Assembly: GCA_963827135.1 (NCBI GenBank)
Contig: CAWGZX010000005.1
Location: 392,176 to 456,175 of the forward strand
DNA length: 64,000 bases
Direction: 5' to 3'
DNA from: Methanomassiliicoccaceae archaeon
Lineage (GTDB): Archaea > Thermoplasmatota > Thermoplasmata > Methanomassiliicoccales > UBA472
Shown here in pieces: positions 1 through 8,292 of this stretch; positions within the stretch are counted from its first letter, which is position 1; each line of letters begins with the position of its first letter. The notes beneath the pieces are model-generated. The model had not been told where the DNA came from, did no database searches, and saw nothing but the letters and a program-made list of their open reading frames with translations. Both the position numbers and the translations under genes were made by a program.

Positions 1-44
1 GACCCGGAAAAAATGATGTACCGAGTAGGCCCTGTGCCTCCCGC

Positions 45-806
45 ATGGATGGACGGGTCGACCCTAAGCAGCGCTTCTCCGGGCGCGCGTCATCATATGC
101 GAAGGCCAGGCCTGGCTATCCGCAAGATCTTTTCGACCATCTGTTCGTGGTCGGCGCTCTTGGCAAGGGATGCAAGGTCGCGGATCTCGGTTCAGGGACC
201 GGCATCTTCTCCGAGCTCCTGCTCCAACACGGCGTCTCCGTATATGCCGTGGAGCCGAATCAGGAGATGCGGGAGCTGGCCGAAGCTAGACTGGGCGAGG
301 TCCCTGACTTCCATAGCGTAGCTGGTAGCGCGGAGCGCACCACCTTGCCGGACAGGAGCATGGACGCGATAACGGCAGCGCAGGCGTTCCATTGGTTCGA
401 CCCCGATCTTACGAGGGAGGAGCTGAGACGGGTTCTAAAGCCAGGTGGGCAAGTGATAATGGTCTGGAACAACCGGGAGAAGGAGGCAGACCCGTTCAAT
501 CGAGCCTATTCAGAGCTGGTCGATCGATATTCGCGGGACAAGGACGAGATCGATGCCCTGCGCCAGGACCCGCAGGACCACTTCTATCCATCCGGCTACC
601 ATCACTCCCAGTTCCGGCACTGCAGGGATCATGACCTGGAGGGTCTAGAGTGCTTGATCACCTCAGCCTCCTACATGCCTAAGGAGGGCGAGCCAGGATT
701 CCCACAGATGCTGGCGGAGCTGGGACGCGTCTTCGCCGAGCATCAGGTGGGGGGGAGGGTCACGATCAGGTATGTCACCGACTGCTACCATGGCGGCCTG
801 GAATGA
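45..806 (+). CDS. class I SAM-dependent methyltransferase
   Basis: 253-aa ORF with SAM-binding motif I (VADLGSGTGIFS) and a Methyltransf_11-like core. Confidence 0.8.
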   Translation: MDGRVDPKQRFSGRASSYAKARPGYPQDLFDHLFVVGALGKGCKVADLGSGTGIFSELLLQHGVSVYAVEPNQEMRELAEARLGEVPDFHSVAGSAERTTLPDRSMDAITAAQAFHWFDPDLTREELRRVLKPGGQVIMVWNNREKEADPFNRAYSELVDRYSRDKDEIDALRQDPQDHFYPSGYHHSQFRHCRDHDLEGLECLITSASYMPKEGEPGFPQMLAELGRVFAEHQVGGRVTIRYVTDCYHGGLE

Positions 807-845
807 CCAGTGGTGGAAAAGGAGCACGAGCGCTGGGCGAAAGGC

Positions 846-853
846 ATATAGTA
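846..853 (+). promoter_or_regulatory. TATA-like box upstream of tRNA-Val
   Basis: ATATAGTA lies 28-35 nt upstream of the tRNA 5' end, which is typical archaeal promoter spacing. Confidence 0.35.
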
Positions 854-880
854 TCGAAGGTATTACAGCAGAACCCACAA

Positions 881-953
881 GGGCTCATGGTCTAGTGGTT
901 ATGACGTCTGCTTGACACGCAGAAGTTCGCCAGTTCGAATCTGGCTGAGCCCA
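881..953 (+). tRNA. tRNA-Val (anticodon GAC)
   Basis: Cloverleaf folded by hand. Acceptor stem GGGCTCA/TGAGCCC plus discriminator A. Anticodon stem TCTGC/GCAGA with loop TTGACAC (U33, GAC, A37). T-arm GCCAG-TTCGAAT-CTGGC. CCA is not encoded. Confidence 0.85.
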
Positions 954-1048
954 CTCCTATCCTCTATTCTTATGAAGCGCACCTTAGTCAGGACCTAGCC
1001 ATAGGATGCCAATAACCTTATTTCAGGTTGCGGTGTTTAGGGAGCCGG

Positions 1049-1237
1049 ATGAATGAACCCCCCGTCAAGAAGCAATGCCTTTGGCACGCATACGATGGGC
1101 GATGTGCCAGCTGCAAGGCAAGACGCATCCGAAATGATATCCTGCATCTGAAGGATTTCGAGATGTGCCGGGGCCAAGAGGATTATGTCAGCTGCGACTT
1201 CTACAAGGAGAAGCCCGACGTGCCCCTGAAGAAATAG
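1049..1237 (+). CDS. small Cys-rich hypothetical protein (62 aa)
   Basis: ATG is preceded by GGAG 4 nt upstream. Five Cys including a CxxC pair. I recognise no family. Confidence 0.35.
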   Translation: MNEPPVKKQCLWHAYDGRCASCKARRIRNDILHLKDFEMCRGQEDYVSCDFYKEKPDVPLKK

Positions 1238-1289
1238 TCACGGGTCTAAGTTTTTTTAACCATGGAACGCCCTGTGAAGCATTGGTACC

Positions 1290-1862
1290 ATGGATCGGAA
1301 CGATGTGCAGGAGATTCAAGCCGGAATGAAGGCGGCCAGCAAGGCGGAGAGGCTGGCATCCCTCGAGAGGTTGCACCTCCTCTTGCGCGAGAAGGGCGTG
1401 GACCCTTCTTTTCTGACCGGCCTCTGCCTGCTGCTCCGTGCTGAGGACCCAATCGAGCGACGGATGGCCTCATGGGCCGTTGGCAAGATGGCGCAGAACA
1501 AGGTGCGTGGGGAATATCCCTTGATCAGGCTCATCGAGCTTCTGACCGACGAGGACGAGGAAGTGCGAGAGAACGCTGCCTGGGCTCTTGGGGAGCTGAC
1601 CAGCTTAGGCATCGGAGGAGAGAACGAGATCAGGTCTCTGAACCTGCTCCTCGAGGACCCCCACCCACAGGTCAGGGGCATGGCGGCTTGGACCCTGGGG
1701 CGTCTGGCAGAGCGCCTAGGCATAGGGCACTTCTCTTCCATACCACCACTACGGATGATGCTTCAGGACCATAGCTTAAATGCTCGCAAGACCGCCATCT
1801 ATGCCTTGGAGCGCCTGACCACCATAGGCATCAAGGAAAATCCTCAGAATTCTGTTAGCTAG
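1290..1862 (+). CDS. HEAT-repeat (PBS-lyase-like) protein
   Basis: 190 aa with repeated xVRxxAAWALGxL units (EVRENAAWALGEL, PQVRGMAAWTLGRL, NARKTAIYALERL). Confidence 0.7.
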   Translation: MDRNDVQEIQAGMKAASKAERLASLERLHLLLREKGVDPSFLTGLCLLLRAEDPIERRMASWAVGKMAQNKVRGEYPLIRLIELLTDEDEEVRENAAWALGELTSLGIGGENEIRSLNLLLEDPHPQVRGMAAWTLGRLAERLGIGHFSSIPPLRMMLQDHSLNARKTAIYALERLTTIGIKENPQNSVS

Positions 1863-2031
1863 TGTCAGCTCGCCGGTCAATGTGCTTCGGATTGATCGTA
1901 AATCTACTGGTCTCGAATTCCAGTAAAAGAGAATATTATTTATTGTTATAATTAATATATCTATTTACTAAAATCTAAAAAACATTATATAATGCAAATA
2001 GCATCCAAGTTAAAACTAAACGGTGATTAGA

Positions 2032-3978
2032 ATGAAACTGGGTCTTGGTATCGATACAGGTGGGACTTACACTGATGCTGTCATCGTCGACCTGGACACG
2101 AAAGATGTGATAGCGAAGGCGAAATCGCCTACGACCTACCAGGACCTCTCCATCGGCATCACAGGAGCTTTGGACGGCGTGCTGGTTCAAGGCGGCTTTG
2201 CGAAGGAGGATGTTGTCCTAGTCGGCCTTTCGACGACCCTGGCGACGAATTCCATTCTTCAGGGCAGGGGAGGAGAAGTGGGGTTGATCGGGATAGGCTG
2301 GAAGCCCGAGAAGGATTGGGACCTGGGATGCAAGAAATCGTGCTTCATCAAGGGAGGTTTCGATTCCATCGGGAGAGCAGTTGAGACTCTGGACAGGGAG
2401 GAGCTCAAGAATGCTATCAATGAAGTGTCCCAGGGCGTGGACGCCTTGGTGGTCTCCTGCATCTTCAGCGTCTACAATTCCTGGCAGGAGAGCGAGGCAG
2501 CCGACATGATAAAGGAGCTGACCACGCTGCCAGTGGTGTTAGGTCATACCCTGACGGGAGAGCTAGGCATAAGGGAGAGGACGGTCACCGCAGTCCTCAA
2601 CGCCAAGTTGCTCCCGATCATCAACGATTTCCTGGCATCCATCAAGTCCTCATTGGCGAATAGGGGCATACGAGCGCGCATCTTGGTCTTCAAAGGCGAT
2701 GGAGGACTGATGACCATCGAGACCGCGATGCGACGTCCGGTCGAGACCATATTGTCAGGCCCGGCGGCCAGCCTAATGGGGGCGAATGTCCTGGCTGGGC
2801 TAGACACATGCATCCTTGTCGATGTGGGAGGGACATCGACGGACATCGCTTACCTTGACAATGGATTCCCGCGCATCAACTTCGAGGGGGCGATGGTCGG
2901 CCACTGGAGGACCCGGGTCAAGGCGCTGGACATGTGGACCTGTGGGCTCGGTGGAGACTCTGCGGTGCGTATGGGAGGCAGCGGGGACCTGACCATCGGC
3001 CCGGACAGAGTCGTCCCGTTGGCCATAGCCGCCACGATGAGAAGGGACTTCAAGGAAGCCATGCAACGAGACGGAGAGACCACCTATTACGTCGCCGGGA
3101 AGGGCAATCTGAAGAACCTCTCAGAGAACGAGTCGATGGTGTACGACTACATTGCGCGCGAGGGGCCCCGGAGCCTGTTCGAGACGATGGACGGGGTAAA
3201 GGATGTCCTTCTGATCAAGGACGCGTTGATTGCGTTGATGGCCCGGGGCAACGTTCTTTGCACTGGATTGACCCCGACGGACATCATGCATCTTCGAGGG
3301 GATTTCGTGGTTGGGGACAAGGAGGCCTCGCAGATAGGGCTGCAGCTGCTCGCCTCCAAGATGGACGACACGCCCGACAACCTTGCGAAGCGGATCATGG
3401 AGCGCGTGGTCACACGCGTGGGCGAGGAGGTCCTGATCAAGACCATGGCCGATGAGGCTGGACTTATGGGCTCGTCCCCGGCCACCGACCGGATGATGCA
3501 TGCGGCCGCCGGGGAGATGGTGTTCAAGCATATGTCCCTGAAGGCATCGCTGGACCGGCCTATCGTAGGGGTCGGCGCTCCGGCGCAGATATTGGTGAAG
3601 CCCCTGGAGAACCGGATGGATGCGAAGGTCATCATCCCTCCGAACTTCGATGTTGGTAACGCAGTAGGGGCGGTGTGCAGTCTAATCTCGGAATCCATCA
3701 CCGTAGAGGTCTATCCCCGAGATGATAAGTTCATCGTCTTCTCGCAGTTCGGCTCGCCCTCGGAATATGGGCACCTTGGAGACGCCCTGCAATCTGCCCG
3801 TAGCACGGCCGAGCGCTATGTGAGGGAGAAGATGGATCAATCCAGAGTCGAGGACATCAAGGTCAAGATCGACCAGATAGACCGCAAGTTCTCGGATGGC
3901 TACGGGAAGGAGATGAAGTTCATCAGCTCCATCTTGGTGCGAGCGACGGCCACGGGACGCCCATTGCTCGACAAATAG
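2032..3978 (+). CDS. hydantoinase/oxoprolinase A-family (HyuA-like, ASKHA fold) protein
   Basis: N-terminus MKLGLGIDTGGTYTDAVIVD and a second phosphate motif ILVDVGGTSTDIA. ATG at 2032 is preferred over GTG at 2023. No HyuB partner is adjacent. Confidence 0.8.
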   Translation: MKLGLGIDTGGTYTDAVIVDLDTKDVIAKAKSPTTYQDLSIGITGALDGVLVQGGFAKEDVVLVGLSTTLATNSILQGRGGEVGLIGIGWKPEKDWDLGCKKSCFIKGGFDSIGRAVETLDREELKNAINEVSQGVDALVVSCIFSVYNSWQESEAADMIKELTTLPVVLGHTLTGELGIRERTVTAVLNAKLLPIINDFLASIKSSLANRGIRARILVFKGDGGLMTIETAMRRPVETILSGPAASLMGANVLAGLDTCILVDVGGTSTDIAYLDNGFPRINFEGAMVGHWRTRVKALDMWTCGLGGDSAVRMGGSGDLTIGPDRVVPLAIAATMRRDFKEAMQRDGETTYYVAGKGNLKNLSENESMVYDYIAREGPRSLFETMDGVKDVLLIKDALIALMARGNVLCTGLTPTDIMHLRGDFVVGDKEASQIGLQLLASKMDDTPDNLAKRIMERVVTRVGEEVLIKTMADEAGLMGSSPATDRMMHAAAGEMVFKHMSLKASLDRPIVGVGAPAQILVKPLENRMDAKVIIPPNFDVGNAVGAVCSLISESITVEVYPRDDKFIVFSQFGSPSEYGHLGDALQSARSTAERYVREKMDQSRVEDIKVKIDQIDRKFSDGYGKEMKFISSILVRATATGRPLLDK

Positions 3979-4059
3979 AGAACGGACAATGGCAAGTGCT
4001 CTTTCGACAAGAATGGAGCTAGGGCAAGATTGATGCCCTCGCTAGGTCTAATGCTCAGT

Positions 4060-4350
4060 ATGTCGAAGGACGAGGAGCGTATCCTCACTAAACACCCTCA
4101 GGGCAAGATAGGCGTCAGCATCAGCAAGGCCAAGTACGACCTGGTCAAGGTGGGTCTCCTCGATTGCCTTAAGGCCAAGCCGCTGACCCAAGAAGAGCTC
4201 ATAACCTGCGTGACAAGGAAGCTCCAAAGCAAGTTCGAGGGCTCGATGAAGTGGTATGCGGAGAACGTAAAGCTCGACCTTGAGGCCAGGGGCGAGATAG
4301 AGCGGGTTACGAGCAAGAAGAAGGAGACCTATAGGCTGAAGAAGCAGTGA
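4060..4350 (+). CDS. conserved hypothetical small protein (~96 aa)
   Basis: ORF with plausible start MSKDEERIL. The pattern HPxGK...KY...WY..VKLDLEARGEIER recalls a widespread uncharacterised ~100-aa family. The start codon is uncertain (4030-4060). Confidence 0.5.
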   Translation: MSKDEERILTKHPQGKIGVSISKAKYDLVKVGLLDCLKAKPLTQEELITCVTRKLQSKFEGSMKWYAENVKLDLEARGEIERVTSKKKETYRLKKQ

Positions 4351-4357
4351 TCATCGC

Positions 4358-4615
4358 TCACTCCTCATCCTTAATTTCCTTGTCCTCTTCTTCCAGCTCT
4401 TCGTCGTCGACCGGCATGGACAGGAACTCGTCCATCTCCTCCTCCAATTGCAGGAGCGCGTCCAACGCCTTCTTCTTCTGACCCTTCTCCACCATCTCCC
4501 GGATGGCGCTGACGCAGTCCATGATGAAGAGCATCTCGTCGTCTATCTCCTCGAACATCTCATAGAGGCTGGGCATTACTGCAACTCCGAGATGCCATTG
4601 GGCCTTCGGGCTCAA
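4358..4615 (-). CDS. small acidic hypothetical protein
   Basis: 85-aa ORF with a very acidic C-terminus (DDEELEEEDKEIKDEE). An alternative start lies at 4576 (MPSLYEMF). Confidence 0.4.
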   Translation of the reverse strand: MSPKAQWHLGVAVMPSLYEMFEEIDDEMLFIMDCVSAIREMVEKGQKKKALDALLQLEEEMDEFLSMPVDDEELEEEDKEIKDEE

Positions 4616-4649
4616 ATAGCTTGGGAATGCCGCTTGATGGAGGCAGATA

Positions 4650-5399
4650 TTACAGACCCGGCTCGATGACGTACTTGCAGAAGTTGAAGCTCGACCCGAA
4701 GGTCTCGGCCTTGGTCACTCGGGCGGGCATGCCCATCCTCGTCTCGAAAATGGCCTCCAAGATGCCCTCGTTCATCAGGCATAGCGTCTTCCCGACGTCT
4801 GGTGCCTTGGAGCAGTCATACTCGTCCTTGATTATCAGGGTCACGGGATGCAGGGCGTAGACGTTGACCTCGCCCAGCTCGTGGATCTTGAAGAACTCCT
4901 TCACCTCGCCGATGATGCCCTCAACGCTATTGGACTTCATCCGCTTGGAAATCTCCTTGCCTATCTGGCGCCCGATGTCCTTCAGCACCGGGTCCATGTT
5001 GAAGCCGATGGCCTCCATGCCGATCACGATGGAGCGGATGACCCCTTTTAGGAAGGTGGATGGGGTGCCGATGCTCTTGGAGATGGTGTTCTCCACCTGC
5101 TTCATCAAATCCTCGCGCGGGACGACGGAAGACCCGACCGGCCTCGATACCAGATAGAAAATCTTGCGCCGGTTATCCTCAGGGTCGTCGCGGTAGCCGA
5201 TCAGGCCCTCCTTCACCATCTTGTCCAGGTGCACGGAGAGGGTGGACTGCGCCTTCCCTGTGAGCTGGGCGATCTCGCTCAAGCTCAGGTCGCGGCGCTG
5301 CAGCTCGCTTAGAATCTTCTGCCTCACTGGGTTCGAGATCTGCCTAAGACCAGTGGTAGTGGAATAGACGTCGAAGGCATCGGTCTTCTTCTCAGTCAC
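4650..5399 (-). CDS. ArsR-type wHTH transcriptional regulator with C-terminal V4R domain
   Basis: HTH region ISNPVRQKILSELQRRDLSLSEIAQLTGKAQSTLSVHLDKMVKEGLI, plus a V4R-like C-terminal half. I chose GTG at 5399 because the longer ORF N-terminus (to 5456) reads through a TATA box. Confidence 0.7.
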   Translation of the reverse strand: MTEKKTDAFDVYSTTTGLRQISNPVRQKILSELQRRDLSLSEIAQLTGKAQSTLSVHLDKMVKEGLIGYRDDPEDNRRKIFYLVSRPVGSSVVPREDLMKQVENTISKSIGTPSTFLKGVIRSIVIGMEAIGFNMDPVLKDIGRQIGKEISKRMKSNSVEGIIGEVKEFFKIHELGEVNVYALHPVTLIIKDEYDCSKAPDVGKTLCLMNEGILEAIFETRMGMPARVTKAETFGSSFNFCKYVIEPGL

Positions 5400-5435
5400 G
5401 CTCTCCCCCCGGCAGCCAAAGAATGCAATGCAGCA

Positions 5436-5443
5436 TATATAAA
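5436..5443 (-). promoter_or_regulatory. TATA box (TTTATATA on minus strand) for the V4R regulator
   Basis: Consensus TTTATATA lies ~37-44 nt upstream of GTG 5399, inside the nominal ORF extension. Confidence 0.45.
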
Positions 5444-5556
5444 TCATCTTGACCACTGATTCCTAAAGGAATGACCCCTCCAAGACCAATCTTTTTCTAT
5501 GCGCGTTCGAAATTACAGGCAGTGATCGCTTGCGGATTCTGACCGAGCAGGGAGCC

Positions 5557-6537
5557 ATGGAATACCGGGCAGTGTGGATGGAAGGGGACAGAGTGGTCAT
5601 GATCGACCAGCGCCTCATCCCCGAGCGATTCCACCTGGTGGGGTTCGCCCTCGTGGAGGAGGTGGCCAAGGCCATCAAGAACATGACCGTCCGAGGCGCT
5701 CCCGCTATCGGTGCCGCTGCCGCCTACGGGATGGCCTTGGCCGCGATAAACGGTCAGGACCTGCAGGCTTCCGCCGCGCTATTGAAGTCGCAGCGGCCGA
5801 CGGCCTTCGACCTCTTCTTCGCGGTAGACCATATGCTCGAATGCCTTTCGAGGGGCGAGCCCCCAGTGAGGGCGGCTAATGATTATGCAAACTCGATCGT
5901 GGAGAGGTGCAAGCGCATCGGGGAGCACGGCGAGGCGCTCATCCATGACGGGGGCAAGGTCATGACCCATTGCAACGCCGGGGCGCTGGCCACGGTGGAC
6001 TATGGAACGGCTCTGGCTCCCATCCGCCTGGCCTGGCGGTCAGGCAAGCGGTTCTTCGTCTACGTTTCCGAGACCCGGCCGAGGCTCCAGGGCATGAAGC
6101 TCACGGCTTACGAGCTGAGGAACGAAGGCATACCGCACTCCATCATCGTGGACGGGGCATCGGGGCACTTCATGCGCCAAGGGGTGGACCTGGTGATCGT
6201 CGGTGCCGATCGAATTGCGGCGAACGGGGACTTCGCCAACAAGGTCGGCACCTTCGAGAAGGCGGTCCTGGCCAAGGAGCTGAGCGTTCCATTCTACGTC
6301 GCAGCTCCCATCTCCACCTTCGACTTCGGCCTGGAATCAGGGAAGGGCATCGTCATCGAGGACCGGGGGGAGGAGGAAGTGACTTTCATCGAGGGAAAGA
6401 GGATAGCGCCGGAAGGCAGCGGTGCGCTCAACCCCTCCTTCGATATGACCCCCTCCAAGTACGTGCAGGGCTTCATTACCGAGGTGGGCGTTCTAGCCCC
6501 GAAGGAGATATCGAGGTTGAAGGGGGCGAGGCTGTGA
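5557..6537 (+). CDS. mtnA: S-methyl-5-thioribose-1-phosphate isomerase (eIF-2B alpha/beta/delta family)
   Basis: MEYRAVWMEGDRVVMIDQRLIP... and TVRGAPAIGAAAAYG motifs. GGGAG lies just upstream of ATG 5557. Confidence 0.8.
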   Translation: MEYRAVWMEGDRVVMIDQRLIPERFHLVGFALVEEVAKAIKNMTVRGAPAIGAAAAYGMALAAINGQDLQASAALLKSQRPTAFDLFFAVDHMLECLSRGEPPVRAANDYANSIVERCKRIGEHGEALIHDGGKVMTHCNAGALATVDYGTALAPIRLAWRSGKRFFVYVSETRPRLQGMKLTAYELRNEGIPHSIIVDGASGHFMRQGVDLVIVGADRIAANGDFANKVGTFEKAVLAKELSVPFYVAAPISTFDFGLESGKGIVIEDRGEEEVTFIEGKRIAPEGSGALNPSFDMTPSKYVQGFITEVGVLAPKEISRLKGARL

Positions 6538-7178
6538 AGCGCATCGAGGGCGAGGTCAGGAAGGAGATCATCGACTATGGTAAAGCGCTCTACGACAGGC
6601 GCCTCGTCACTGGAATGTCAGGGAACATCTCGGGCAGGATCGACGACGATGCCATGATCATCACCCCCTCGGGACATTGCAAGGGCAATTTGAGGCCTTT
6701 CAAACTGGTTCGGATGCTCATAGAGAGCGGCAAGGTGACGGCGGGAAGCAACCCCTCCATGGAAACGCCCTTCCATCTCTCTTTCTATAGGACAAGGAAG
6801 GACATTGGCGGAGTGGTGCACGCGCATCCGCTCTTCTGCACTTTACTGGCCTGCTCGGGAAGGACGGTCCGTACCGACTTCACGCCCGAGGGCTTGATCT
6901 ACCTGGGGAAGGTGGCCTTCGTACCCTATGCCACCCCCGGCTCTAAGGAACTGGCGGAGAACCTGCAGGCGGCGATGCCCGAACGTAACGCGTTCATCAT
7001 GGAGAACCATGGGGCAATAGCCGTGGGCAAGGACGTGGCTGAGGCCTACTACCGCCTCGAGACCTTGGAGTTCCTGGCGGAGATGCAGGTTAGGGCGGAA
7101 GGGGCTGGCGACGTCAAGGGGCTGAGGGAGGAAGAGGTTCGAAAGATCCTTGGAATGACCGCAGGGGGAGGGAGGTGA
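6534..7178 (+). CDS. class II aldolase/adducin-family protein (MtnB/Ald2/FucA-like)
   Basis: GTG at 6534 overlaps the mtnA TGA (GTGA). Contains GMSGNISGRI and the His-rich metal site VVHAHP. The upstream part of the 402-aa ORF is an out-of-frame overlap with mtnA. Confidence 0.75.
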   Translation: MKRIEGEVRKEIIDYGKALYDRRLVTGMSGNISGRIDDDAMIITPSGHCKGNLRPFKLVRMLIESGKVTAGSNPSMETPFHLSFYRTRKDIGGVVHAHPLFCTLLACSGRTVRTDFTPEGLIYLGKVAFVPYATPGSKELAENLQAAMPERNAFIMENHGAIAVGKDVAEAYYRLETLEFLAEMQVRAEGAGDVKGLREEEVRKILGMTAGGGR

Positions 7179-7182
7179 GCCG

Positions 7183-8268
7183 ATGATCGTGGTCACCAAG
7201 TGGTTCGGCGTCCTCCTCTGTGACAAGGAGACGGTGCGCAAGCACATCCTCTTCGAAAAGGACGCCAAGACCATAGCGGAGAAGTTAGCGGTGGTCCAGA
7301 GGGGCGGGATACTTGAGGAGGAGGAGCGCATCGCCGAAGGGTACAAGCGCATCAGGGTGGCCGACGCTCGGCTGTCGAAGATAGGCAAGCCCGAGGTGTA
7401 CGATTCCTCGTTCATCAAGGCCGAGGACTACGGCTACGACATGGCGCTGATGCAGGCGGTGATGGTGCAGCTGGGCAAGATGAGGACCAGGGAGCCGCTG
7501 GCCTCGGATAAAGGACTTGTCCAGGCCATACGGGCCATCGACGACCTCATCGAGACCGTCAACGTGATGTCGGAGCGCCTGCATGAGTGGTACGGCCTGC
7601 ATTTCCCCGAGCTCGGGGACTACGCCAAGGACGAGAGGTATGCGGACCTGATCGGCAGGCACGGCTACCGCGAGCCGATCCTCAAGGCCATCGATGTCCA
7701 GCTCGAGTCGGTGGGAGCGGAGATGCTGGAAGAGGATATCGCCGCCATCCAGGACCTGGCGCTGATCGTCAGCGAGCTGTACGAGACCAAGGCGCGCCTG
7801 GACGCCTATGTGCTCAAGACCATGGAGGAGAACGCCCCGAACCTGAACCGCTTGCTCACTGCGAACCTAGGGGCGAGGCTGATCTCCCTAGCTGGAGGCT
7901 TAGGGCGCTTGGCCAAGCTTCCTTCCTCCACCGTCCAGCTGCTTGGCGCCGAGAAGGCCATGTTCATGCATCTGCGGTCGGGGAAGGCGCCTCCCAAGCA
8001 CGGCATCATCTTCCAACACCCGGCCATCCATAAGGCGCCGTACTGGCAGAGGGGGAAGGTCGCCCGTTCCCTAGCCTCCAAGGCGGCCATCGCCGCCAGG
8101 GTGGACTTCTACAAAGGGGAGTTCATCGGCGACAAGCTGGCCGAGGGCATGGAGAAGAGGATCAACGAGATCAAGGAGAAATACCCGGAGGCGCCGAAGC
8201 GGGAGAGGAGGGAGGCCCCAAGCAGGGGCAGGCATGGCCGGGGCGAATACCGCCAAAGAAGGCAATAG
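7183..8268 (+). CDS. nop5: C/D box sRNP core protein Nop5 (Nop56/58)
   Basis: Nop domain LLGAEKAMFMHLRSGKAPPKHGIIFQHPAIHKAPYWQRGKVARSLASKAAIAARVD, a coiled-coil middle region and a basic tail. Confidence 0.9.
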   Translation: MIVVTKWFGVLLCDKETVRKHILFEKDAKTIAEKLAVVQRGGILEEEERIAEGYKRIRVADARLSKIGKPEVYDSSFIKAEDYGYDMALMQAVMVQLGKMRTREPLASDKGLVQAIRAIDDLIETVNVMSERLHEWYGLHFPELGDYAKDERYADLIGRHGYREPILKAIDVQLESVGAEMLEEDIAAIQDLALIVSELYETKARLDAYVLKTMEENAPNLNRLLTANLGARLISLAGGLGRLAKLPSSTVQLLGAEKAMFMHLRSGKAPPKHGIIFQHPAIHKAPYWQRGKVARSLASKAAIAARVDFYKGEFIGDKLAEGMEKRINEIKEKYPEAPKRERREAPSRGRHGRGEYRQRRQ

Positions 8269-8292
8269 ACGGAAATCTGACCCTAGGTCGTC

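Noticed and set aside
5970-6533. Upstream 188 codons of the 402-aa ORF preceding the aldolase
   Set aside because: It overlaps the well-supported mtnA coding frame and has no homology-like features. The aldolase family N-terminus begins at GTG 6534.
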